From assembly GCA_016188215.1 (NCBI GenBank), contig JACPIF010000003.1, positions 35,388 to 99,387 of the forward strand: DNA of 64,000 nucleotides, written 5' to 3'. Below, piece after piece: positions 1 to 8,480 of this stretch. The stretch comes from Candidatus Woesearchaeota archaeon (GTDB lineage: Archaea > Nanobdellota > Nanobdellia > Woesearchaeales > JACPIF01). The notes beneath the pieces were generated by a model. The model had not been told where the DNA came from and did not search any database. It was given only the letters and a program-made list of their open reading frames with translations. A program made the position numbers and the translations under genes. Every line of letters begins with the position of its first letter. Position 1 is the stretch's first letter.

Positions 1-56
1 TTAATTTTTTTAAGCTTGTTATAAACCTCATCCGATACCATCATAGGTTTTGCCAT
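1..56 (-). CDS. 5' end (18 codons, MAKPMMVSDEVYNKLKKI...) of a gene that runs off the left edge of the window
   Basis: ATG at 54-56 on the minus strand with an open frame to position 1; no stop codon inside the window. Confidence 0.2.
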   Translation of the reverse strand, partial: MAKPMMVSDEVYNKLKKI

Positions 57-100
57 GGCTTATTTATATATATACATATATATAAATCTATCGTTCAGAA

Positions 101-3100
101 TCAGATATTCACCACTGGCTTGCCTGATCTCCCGCCGCCCCGCCGCGCTGGCGAGGATGTTGTTGTGCCGCCCACTCCCTTTCCTGTTCCGGAGCTGCCA
201 TCCTCTTCACCGCTGCCGCCCCAGCATGCCGGCATGAACAGCGTATAGGCGCCGCCGCACGGGTCTCCTATATTCATCTGCTGCGGCCCGTTTGCAATAA
301 GCGGGCTGCTGAGCTCATCGCCCTCAGAGACCCCGTCAAGGCATGGCGTTACTTTTCCAGTGAGTTCAATGAATTTGATTGAAACCTTATCATAGCTGTT
401 CTGGCTCTGTGCAAAGACCATGTTATTGCCTGCAAAATCAACAGGATCCCCGCCTGCCTCCACGCCAAATACGAAATCGCTGCCGTCGCCTGAATCAACA
501 AACAATGATCTCCTGCCTGAAGGGCCCGAGACCATTACCTTAAAGTTCATGTTGCAGCCCCTGCTCTCAATGCCAGGATTCACTTTCAGGCTGATCTTGT
601 ACAGGAACAGGTTCGGCTTTCTTTGCCCTGTGGACGCGTTGAAATCTATGATAGTTGCCTTCTCCCCTTCAACGTGGGCAAATGCCCCTGAAAGCGAGGT
701 TGCAAATGCAGCTCCTAGCTCATGTATGTCAGTTGCCCTGTCCGCGCATATCTGCGAAGTCCAGCCGTACAATTCCCCGGTCGGCCCGCCAAGTATGTTG
801 AGAAGCGTAGGGTCATCAACCCATGGGGCAGGCTCACTATACAGGAATGAGAAGAATGAATAGCCTTTAACTGCGGTCTGGATCTCCCTCAGCATATCTC
901 CGAACCAATTGAACCTTTGGACAACTGTAGGCTTGATTCTTTCTAATTGTTCTTTTGTTAGCTGAACTTTAATCCCTTGCTTTTCTAAATTATTAAGCAT
1001 TTGCGTTCCGCCAGTGACAGCCCAAAATGAAAATCTATCCAATGAAGTGCCAAGGAGATCGAGATATCTTATGTCCAATTGTCTTTCTTGGAGGTTAGGA
1101 TCATTCAGTCCAAAAGGTATTTGAGAAGCAACTGTCTCAACAACTGTTACACTTCCGTCAGGATAGAATTTAAGTGAAAGGCCATTAGCTGTGTTGTAAG
1201 TGATTATATCTGTTGAAGTTTTCGTAAAAGTAGAGCCATCATTTGCAATAAAAAGCTTTACACTTACTTCCAGTCCGTTTTTAGGATCACGATACTTCAA
1301 GTCGCTCTGGCTTTCATAAAATCCGTTTGGTTGCTTGTTTAAAGGAAGCAACAATGGATTTGCTTCTGCATAAACTGAAATCGGATAATAAAGCTTGCCA
1401 TCATCTTTGTTCTTATAAACGAGTGTATCACCTATTTTATAGGTATTGTACTTATTTTCATCAAAGGAAATAGTTCCGGAATAGTCATTGATAGTTGCTG
1501 GGGCGAGAGCAGGTGGCGGAGCACTAGGTACAGGAGTGCCGGCTGACACAGGAGCCTCCTTTTGCACTGGCGAAATTACCAAATTGCCAGTTCCTAGAGT
1601 ATTCTGAATCTTTGCGATTATCCCGGTTGTATCACTTCCAGACAGTTTTTCAGTAATGTATCTTAAATCAGATGCACTCAATGGATTACCACTGGAATCT
1701 GTAAATGTTATCTCTTGAATAGTCTTTTTTTGTTGAGTTTGTCCTGTATCTGCTACTGTAATAACATCATCTCCACGTTGTTCCCTTTGAACCTCTTTAG
1801 TAACTATTCTAACATCATAATTAATACCTTTCTCGTCTACAAATCTAACTAGCCGTGTGTCTTCACTTCTCTGCTCTGAATAGAATATACCAGTGGACAG
1901 CGCCGTATATGTATTTCCATCCAGCCCTTTATACGGCACAGCAGTTATCTCGCCCTCTTCCCTTTTAATATCTCCAGACACTTCAAATAATTCTCCGCCA
2001 ATATCAATGAACATCTTTTTATCTTTGTCCTGATATATCTGATATTCTTCTTTTTCATTCACGGTCATCTTTTCTACAGGCTTCAGCTTAAGAGCCGCTA
2101 TTTTCGCAGCTTCAGCCTCTTTAGCCTTACTCAAAGCCCTTTGTTGAACATCTCTAAAGCCAATTGGAACTTTCAACGGATTATTTGGATCTGCAGCATC
2201 CTTGGAAACTTGAGTTGCTCCACTGCTTGACACCAGTATAAGCCCTGTAAACCTGTGATAAGTATTAGTCAATACATTATTTCCTGCCTCATTAAACCAA
2301 ACCGGATTTGGAACTCCTCCTTGGCCATAGATGGCGTCATCAGTTATAGGAACCCCCCCTGAACTTATTGGCCTTAGAAACCAAAAACCTGTTGTTGGAT
2401 TTTGATCGGCTCTATAATAAACTTCAACCTGATTAACTTTATTTGGATCTTTGAGATCCTTGTGTTCCTCCAATCTGCCAACTATATCCCCCTTCTTCAG
2501 TTGTCTTTCAACACTATCAGAATCCACAAATGTAAGCGGAGGAATTGCAGAGGTTGTTCCGGTGGTTGCGGAATCTGGTGTTCCTGGGCGCACAACTGCA
2601 GCTTCAGCGGTTCCGGGTTTTGGTCCAGATTGGTCATCTTGAGGTTTTGCATCCCCGCTTGGAAAAGCTGCTGCAACAGCTTCGGGATAATATCTTCTCA
2701 GAATATTATAACCCTGCTCTTCGTTTGCATTTGCCAGTTCTGGAAAAAGGGAACTTTCTGATACATCAAACCATGTCAACTTAAAAAAACGTGACATTTG
2801 CCACTTTTGGGAATCTTTATTGAATCTGAACCAGAAAGATCTATACCATATACTGATTACTGGTTGTGAACTGGTCTCGAGTACAGGTGTTTCAGGCGTC
2901 TGCTGTCCTTTTTTAGCATTAGAGTTTTGAGCTTCTGGTGGTCTTTCCTCAGCAGCCCTTTCTGGAAACGGTCCTGGCCTGTCAGGCTCTCCGCCAGTGC
3001 TTGCTTTTGTGGAAGGCTCTGTTGGATATTTCTGTCCAAAAGTAAATGCTTTAAATCCGCCTTCATCTACGCATCCTTGCGGATTAATGCAGTACCATTC

Positions 3101-4540
3101 ATCTGCTCTTTGCTCCCAATCAGTAGCTTGCCCTATTGGTGAGGTAGTTGATGGTCCATCTCCAGGTGGCGTTTCGGCAGATGCTGGAGGCACTAATTGT
3201 GGCAATTCAGGTGTTTTTGCCCCTTCTGTTTTAGCCCATTCCTCCTGCAATTTTCTTAGCGCTTCGTAGCTTTTTGGAGAACTTGCGATCTTATTTACTT
3301 GGTCTTGAGTTAGAACAGTATTTCCACCCCAGTCATCAATAACAAATTTGCCATTTTCAATCTTTACCTTGGAATCTCCAAGAAATCCAAAGGTTGCTTT
3401 GGCTCTTAAATCGCCATTTCCATCTACATAAACTAGGTTCCCCCCGCCGATGTCAGTTGGATTCTCTTTAGTGAATTGGTTCTGTGGTTGTGGAGAGGCA
3501 CTTGCATCGTTCGCTTTTGGTTGGTCATCTACATTAGAACCAGCGGATTGAGCGCGGGCAGTTTCTCCACTCTCAGCCGATTGTATGTCTGTAATCACAA
3601 TGTCAATACTTTGCTTGATGATAACTCTGCTTTTACCTGACAGAGGCAGTCCACTACTGTCGACATCAGACTTATAATAAAATTGAGGTACGCCTCCAAC
3701 ATCAACAACTACAGCTTCTCTTCCCGCTATAGTAATCCTATAGCTATTGATTATTGATGGATCATTTACGCCAAATGCGCTGCTTACTACATCATATGCA
3801 GTAGCACCAGGATCTTTATCATAATCATATGAAACTGTGTAGATGCCACCTTCTGTTCGTATAGCTTCATACTCAACGCCCCTAGATTGTGTAGAGCCTC
3901 TTCCAATATTGTACCCCTCCATAAAGTGATTAGTTCTTCCTATGCCCGCGCTTCCCTCGTGTAAGCTTCCTTTAAATATGTCATTCGCTGGATTTTTTGG
4001 ATCTGCCAGATAAGCCTCAACTTGCCTGGAGGTAGGCATATTTCCAGGTCCTCTATTCCATGCTACCTGCAATTGATTCGCTCTTATATGATCTTGTGCG
4101 GAGGAATCAAACCTAGAATTTCTCATGAGATCTTGTGTTATCCATCTTGCAGCAATTTCTAATGATCCCTCCAAAGTATTCACATCATACATGCCATTCG
4201 GATTATACCTTCTGTCATTATATCTGGCGCCAGTTAAACCAAAAATGCCAGTGCTACCTGCTTTCTGATCAGCAGGATGATTGTGGTTGACATTTGTCCC
4301 ATAAGTTGATTCAGATGCATACAGCCCTTCCAAGGTTCCCCTAGGTATTTGAGGATATTTCACATAAGTTGCATCAAATTTTGCTTTAACTTCAGGCGGT
4401 ATAAGAGGAGAAACTGCCGCAGCCCCGCTCACCTTATTTCCATAATCTCCGCTAAGCAGAACCCCGCTGACTAGCATGATAACTGCTATGACCGCCAGCA
4501 TCTTCTGGAATTCGCTCATTGCCTTCTTGCTCTTTCTCAT
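101..4540 (-). CDS. giant secreted protein (1479 aa) with an N-terminal lytic transglycosylase/lysozyme-like (SLT-type) domain; the rest is probably beta-rich repeat/adhesin-like
   Basis: Uninterrupted 4.4 kb ORF with an N-terminal hydrophobic signal/anchor (MLAVIAVIMLVSGVLL). 'YASESTYG...STGIFGLTGA...DVNTLEGSLEIAARWI' matches the SLT catalytic ES motif plus a GLMQ-like segment. The start lies 4 nt after the upstream gene's stop. Confidence 0.85.
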   Translation of the reverse strand: MRKSKKAMSEFQKMLAVIAVIMLVSGVLLSGDYGNKVSGAAAVSPLIPPEVKAKFDATYVKYPQIPRGTLEGLYASESTYGTNVNHNHPADQKAGSTGIFGLTGARYNDRRYNPNGMYDVNTLEGSLEIAARWITQDLMRNSRFDSSAQDHIRANQLQVAWNRGPGNMPTSRQVEAYLADPKNPANDIFKGSLHEGSAGIGRTNHFMEGYNIGRGSTQSRGVEYEAIRTEGGIYTVSYDYDKDPGATAYDVVSSAFGVNDPSIINSYRITIAGREAVVVDVGGVPQFYYKSDVDSSGLPLSGKSRVIIKQSIDIVITDIQSAESGETARAQSAGSNVDDQPKANDASASPQPQNQFTKENPTDIGGGNLVYVDGNGDLRAKATFGFLGDSKVKIENGKFVIDDWGGNTVLTQDQVNKIASSPKSYEALRKLQEEWAKTEGAKTPELPQLVPPASAETPPGDGPSTTSPIGQATDWEQRADEWYCINPQGCVDEGGFKAFTFGQKYPTEPSTKASTGGEPDRPGPFPERAAEERPPEAQNSNAKKGQQTPETPVLETSSQPVISIWYRSFWFRFNKDSQKWQMSRFFKLTWFDVSESSLFPELANANEEQGYNILRRYYPEAVAAAFPSGDAKPQDDQSGPKPGTAEAAVVRPGTPDSATTGTTSAIPPLTFVDSDSVERQLKKGDIVGRLEEHKDLKDPNKVNQVEVYYRADQNPTTGFWFLRPISSGGVPITDDAIYGQGGVPNPVWFNEAGNNVLTNTYHRFTGLILVSSSGATQVSKDAADPNNPLKVPIGFRDVQQRALSKAKEAEAAKIAALKLKPVEKMTVNEKEEYQIYQDKDKKMFIDIGGELFEVSGDIKREEGEITAVPYKGLDGNTYTALSTGIFYSEQRSEDTRLVRFVDEKGINYDVRIVTKEVQREQRGDDVITVADTGQTQQKKTIQEITFTDSSGNPLSASDLRYITEKLSGSDTTGIIAKIQNTLGTGNLVISPVQKEAPVSAGTPVPSAPPPALAPATINDYSGTISFDENKYNTYKIGDTLVYKNKDDGKLYYPISVYAEANPLLLPLNKQPNGFYESQSDLKYRDPKNGLEVSVKLFIANDGSTFTKTSTDIITYNTANGLSLKFYPDGSVTVVETVASQIPFGLNDPNLQERQLDIRYLDLLGTSLDRFSFWAVTGGTQMLNNLEKQGIKVQLTKEQLERIKPTVVQRFNWFGDMLREIQTAVKGYSFFSFLYSEPAPWVDDPTLLNILGGPTGELYGWTSQICADRATDIHELGAAFATSLSGAFAHVEGEKATIIDFNASTGQRKPNLFLYKISLKVNPGIESRGCNMNFKVMVSGPSGRRSLFVDSGDGSDFVFGVEAGGDPVDFAGNNMVFAQSQNSYDKVSIKFIELTGKVTPCLDGVSEGDELSSPLIANGPQQMNIGDPCGGAYTLFMPACWGGSGEEDGSSGTGKGVGGTTTSSPARRGGGRSGKPVVNI

Positions 4541-4544
4541 ATTC

Positions 4545-7500
4545 CTAACCCAGGCTCGGAGTCCCCTCGCTCACCTTCGGCTTATTTTCATCCTGCAGCG
4601 CTTCCTTGCATGCCGCATCAGTATCAATCTTCAGCTGCTCCCAGACAGGCTCGCATCTTGCAGGCCCAATGCCCAGGTCGCATAGCACATCAGTGACCCA
4701 GCTGATAGTATCTGCAGTATAGCATGCATAGCAAAATCCAGTAGGCGTTAGCTCATTCATACAATTTAATTTGTAGCACACTATGGAAAGGCCAGTGCTC
4801 ACCAGCTCAAGCGGATGAGAAAGCGCTTTGGTGACAGCCTGCCCTATGCTTGTTAAAGCCGCCGCGAACGGAATTATATTGAACACCTGCCCCCACACGT
4901 ACTTGCAATATGCATAATCCCTTTGTGCAGTGCATAAGTAAAGCGGCATGCCGTTCTTGGTCTCCTTAAGGCAGTTGATGTACCTGCAGTCTATGACCCT
5001 TGCTTTCTGCAGATTATAGATAACCCCAGGCAGGCATAAAAACGCAACGCTACCCACCAGGCTTTGCTTTGGATCAATATTGGCAACATAAAACTGAGCC
5101 CATGCTTTTGGATCTTTGGTATTTTTCCCACGCACAGAACTAGGCACATTTGCATTGCTTAAGACATCAAAATACGGATTTTTTGCCCACTCTGCATCAA
5201 TAAGTGAAGCATCACTCCCGCTCTTTGACTTGGTGCCTGCTTCTTTTCTTAGCCAGTCTCCCCAGAAGAACTGGCAGTTTATTGCTTTGCAGAACTGCGC
5301 TGTCCGCGCCTGGAATCCAGTCTTTGCAAGTTCAACTGAAGCAGTTGTGCTGACTCCAAGGGCCTTGGCAAGCGGGCAGCAGAACCCTCCGCCAAACCCT
5401 CCCAAGGCAATTCCCGCCTGGCAGCATGATTTTAATTTTTCAGTCCCGCCAAAGAGAATATTCCATACAGTAAAAAGATAGCTAGTGAACTTGCACACAG
5501 TCTGCGCAAAATTCAGTATCTTCTGGGCAGTCTCCATCCAGGTGGCCTGAACAATCCAGCTGTCCCTTACCCTTTCAATCTCATCATTGATCCTTGAGTC
5601 AATAGTTCCAAGGGGATTGTTGAAGTAATTGATGGTGAACGTGATATTCTCCGTCTCTTCAGGAGAAAGCTCCCTGCCATCAACCAGCGTCCTCACCTTT
5701 ACAGTGCAGCTCACCTTTACAGAATCCTGCGGAGGCAGCGCTCTCTCCATGGTGAACTTGAAGAATGTATTGTAGGGAAGCGTGCTGTCAACTTTTGGAG
5801 TTATAGGATTGAAGTTGAAAACCTCAGGCTTGTTGCCGGTAGTTGAGCTGAGCAGCGCAGCAGTATCATCAGAGCATCTGTCAAGCGTAACTGATACAGG
5901 CCATCTTGTTAGGGAGCTTTCAGCTGTTGCAAAAGATGAAGGTGTTCTTGTCAAATTGGTATTTGCATCAACACTTAAGGAAACCGGGAACCATACGAAA
6001 GGGTCGTATCTTGTAACGAGCTGCTTGTCAAGCGCAGATGGTGATGGGCTTCCAACCGCAGCTTTCCAGTAATTCACCGGCTTGTCGCTTATCCCCGTTA
6101 CAGTAATGGCCTTTTTGTACACCAAGGCATTGCCCGCAATGTCGCTGAAATTAAACACAAGATCTTTTGCGATGAACCCCTTTATATTCACCTCATCAGT
6201 GTTCCATGCGCAGCGCCAGTTCCCTGCCGCATTCCTGGTGCAGTCATCAGCCTCCAGTATGCTCGCATTCTTGATGAATCCAGATGCGTCTAGAAACGCC
6301 CTGATCCCGTTCTCTTCAGCTAATTCAGCAGTAATTGCCAGTGCGTTTCCTGTTAAAATCAATCCAGGCAGCACGCCCTGTGATCCTGCAACTGCGCTTA
6401 CATTTACAGAAAGCACCGCAGGAGCTATGGTATCAAGCACAAGCGCGTCTATCCCTGCCTGTGCAGCCAAGGGATTGCCTGCCTTATCCTTGGTCAGGGG
6501 ATTAATGCCTATATATTTCTGCCCTGAAGATCCCGAAATAGGTATTGAATTCCAGACGCAGGTAACCTGCCCTTCGCCCGTGCAGCTGTCCGCAGGAACC
6601 GCATTGCCCGCGCCCAATCCTGAGGCATCAAGCAGGACATCTTTTGCATCCAGTCCAGAGCCAGTCTCAACAATTATTGCCTCAATCCTTTTTTTATTTG
6701 CACTGATATAGTAAGTCCCGTTTGAATCAGAAGATTCAGTATCTATATCGCTTACCACAGGCCCTTGCGTATCAATGAAGATATTGTAAACAAGCGATTC
6801 GGATGCATTGTTGCCTGCCTTGTCTGCTGCTTTGAAAGAAAGCGTGAGGGCAGTGCTCCGTGTAGTGTCAGGAGGCGCGTTCAGGTCAAGCGTCAATCCA
6901 TTCCAGAAGCATCGTGTCCTGTTTTGGTTAAGTGCCGAGCAGCTGCTTCTGGCAACATCACCCACAGTAACGCGTGGTGTCAATGCATTGAGATTCGCCT
7001 TGACTGTGTTCAGGTCCAGGCCGATATCCTGCTCAATGATGTCTACGCTTACTGTTATGCCTGTCAGTGCCCTGTTTGACACACCTGTGACAGCTCCTGA
7101 AGAGCTTGTGATGCTTACATTCTCAAAATCAGGAGGAGCCGTATCCGGCCGCAGCACTTTATCAAGGGCTATTATTCTTGTCCGCCTATTGCCTGCAGTA
7201 TCAGAAGCCTGCGCTGTGACAGACCCGGAAAATGTGGCAGTGTTCACCCTTATCAAGGCAGTGTTCAATGAGCAGCGCATCATGGTTTCATTTACAGCAG
7301 CGCACGAAGGTGTTGTTGAGCCGCCCCGCACGTCAAGGCTGCTCAGGTCAATGGCGAATGAATTTGTGTCAAGGAGTTTGTCTGACACCTCAAAGCTCAT
7401 GCGCGCCAGGTATGTCTCCGGCACGAAAAAATCAACGAAGGAGCCGTCCTGCTTCCTGATGTCAAACTCTTTAAGCTCAATGCTCGGGCTTGAGAAGTCA

Positions 7501-8273
7501 GTGGTAAAGCTCATGCTCTGGCCGGCCCGCTGCCCGAACAGGTCAAACGCAGCCAGCGTTGCAGTGGGATTGCCCTCTGCGAATGCATTGCTCAACTCCT
7601 GGACTGAGCCGCTGTAGCTGCATCCGCTCGGGAATATCTGGAAATTCCTGGAATAGTTGCCTGACGAGAGCGTGATATAGTTGAGCAGGCCTGTGCATTC
7701 AGCAGCGCCGCTTGATACCCTTGCCTTGTCAGTGAGTGTAAACGAAAAGGTGACGTTCTGGTTTGCCCCGTATTCTGACTTATCTGCCGAAGATGTAACC
7801 ACAGGCGCTTCTGTATCGCAGATTGGTGTTATGGTTTTTGCGTCTTTAAGCACGTCAGACTGGTTTAGGAGCCTTACGGTAAAGCTGAATTCAGGGCAGA
7901 TGATAAAGTCAGACATGTTCCTTGAGAATGTGCAGTCGTAGCTCCCGTCCGCCACCGGTGTGCAGGAGTCAAATGCAAACCCGCTGGAGCCTCCCGGCCC
8001 GATGAGCCGCACCTTGGTATTGTTCACAGATTCTGTATCAATAAAAGCGCGTGCAATGAACGTGTAGTAATCGGCATTGCTCCTCACATACCCGGTCACG
8101 CCATCCTTGCCGCGCACATTAAGGTTGCTCAATCCATTAGTTGCCGCCAGCGCATCTGCAGAATATATGGGCAGCATTATCATTAATGCGGCCAGGAAAA
8201 TTGCAATCCCTTCAATACCGCTAAAGCGATTCCGGAACTCTGTTTCAATACTCACCTTTCTTTTTGGGTTCAT
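4545..8273 (-). CDS. giant secreted surface protein (about 1240 aa), paralog of 16878..22175, with a conserved Cys-rich C-terminal domain
   Basis: The N-terminus aligns with 16878..22175 ('LNVRGKDGVTGYVRSNADYYTF' versus 'LTVKGRDGIKGYVRSNIDFFTF'), and a shared C-terminal motif reads 'CRYINCLKE...YAYCKYVWGQ' versus 'CMYRNCLQHE...CLYVDGAQ'. The start is assigned to the Met before the signal peptide at 8273 (the ORF track extends to 8327); a TATA-like box lies about 30 bp upstream of 8273. Confidence 0.85.
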   Translation of the reverse strand: MNPKRKVSIETEFRNRFSGIEGIAIFLAALMIMLPIYSADALAATNGLSNLNVRGKDGVTGYVRSNADYYTFIARAFIDTESVNNTKVRLIGPGGSSGFAFDSCTPVADGSYDCTFSRNMSDFIICPEFSFTVRLLNQSDVLKDAKTITPICDTEAPVVTSSADKSEYGANQNVTFSFTLTDKARVSSGAAECTGLLNYITLSSGNYSRNFQIFPSGCSYSGSVQELSNAFAEGNPTATLAAFDLFGQRAGQSMSFTTDFSSPSIELKEFDIRKQDGSFVDFFVPETYLARMSFEVSDKLLDTNSFAIDLSSLDVRGGSTTPSCAAVNETMMRCSLNTALIRVNTATFSGSVTAQASDTAGNRRTRIIALDKVLRPDTAPPDFENVSITSSSGAVTGVSNRALTGITVSVDIIEQDIGLDLNTVKANLNALTPRVTVGDVARSSCSALNQNRTRCFWNGLTLDLNAPPDTTRSTALTLSFKAADKAGNNASESLVYNIFIDTQGPVVSDIDTESSDSNGTYYISANKKRIEAIIVETGSGLDAKDVLLDASGLGAGNAVPADSCTGEGQVTCVWNSIPISGSSGQKYIGINPLTKDKAGNPLAAQAGIDALVLDTIAPAVLSVNVSAVAGSQGVLPGLILTGNALAITAELAEENGIRAFLDASGFIKNASILEADDCTRNAAGNWRCAWNTDEVNIKGFIAKDLVFNFSDIAGNALVYKKAITVTGISDKPVNYWKAAVGSPSPSALDKQLVTRYDPFVWFPVSLSVDANTNLTRTPSSFATAESSLTRWPVSVTLDRCSDDTAALLSSTTGNKPEVFNFNPITPKVDSTLPYNTFFKFTMERALPPQDSVKVSCTVKVRTLVDGRELSPEETENITFTINYFNNPLGTIDSRINDEIERVRDSWIVQATWMETAQKILNFAQTVCKFTSYLFTVWNILFGGTEKLKSCCQAGIALGGFGGGFCCPLAKALGVSTTASVELAKTGFQARTAQFCKAINCQFFWGDWLRKEAGTKSKSGSDASLIDAEWAKNPYFDVLSNANVPSSVRGKNTKDPKAWAQFYVANIDPKQSLVGSVAFLCLPGVIYNLQKARVIDCRYINCLKETKNGMPLYLCTAQRDYAYCKYVWGQVFNIIPFAAALTSIGQAVTKALSHPLELVSTGLSIVCYKLNCMNELTPTGFCYACYTADTISWVTDVLCDLGIGPARCEPVWEQLKIDTDAACKEALQDENKPKVSEGTPSLG

Positions 8274-8298
8274 TATTTTCTGACTTTTTATCTGGCTT

Positions 8299-8321
8299 TT
8301 ACATATTTTACATATTTTAAT
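8299..8321 (-). promoter_or_regulatory. TATA-like box(es) upstream of the 4545..8273 gene
   Basis: Minus-strand 'TAAAATATGTAAAATATG' lies 30-45 bp upstream of the 8273 ATG. Confidence 0.4.
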
Positions 8322-8330
8322 GAGCATACT

Positions 8331-8435
8331 GAGCGCGTAATGCGCGCTCTACCATAGGGAAGTCCCCGAACAGCAAGGCTACAGCCAGAATCGGGGACTG
8401 TTCACAGCAGCCGAGATTCATCTCGGCTGAGTCAT
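8331..8435. repeat. modular intergenic hairpin repeat, copy A (GCGCG hairpin, inverted gtccccga..tcggggac core, CAGCCGAG-atttatc-CTCGGCTG hairpin)
   Basis: Hairpin gagcgcg-taatg-cgcgctc; a core 'gtccccgaacag...aatcggggac' that is the reverse complement of the cores at 38876 and 45157; 'tgttcacag' followed by the hairpin cagccgag-attcatc-ctcggctg, which is identical to the one at 45297. Confidence 0.75.
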
Positions 8436-8480
8436 GCTCGTTTCTAGTTTTACCCGTTCCTGGTTTTATTATCATAGTCT

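Noticed and set aside
420-8283. Many 60-270-aa ORFs on the plus strand inside the 101..4540 and 4545..8273 genes (e.g. 420..863, 2402..2784, 5116..5481, 6082..6711, 6808..7617, 7681..7941)
   Set aside because: They lie antisense to long paralog-supported coding regions. Their products are low-complexity Ser/Ala/Leu/Pro runs typical of mirror-strand reading of GC-balanced genes. They have no independent start signals.
8327-8327. ORF-track start of the 1260-aa gene
   Set aside because: The Met 18 codons downstream (8273) immediately precedes the signal peptide and has a TATA-like box at the expected distance. The upstream extension (MLIKICKICKSQIKSQKI) looks non-coding.
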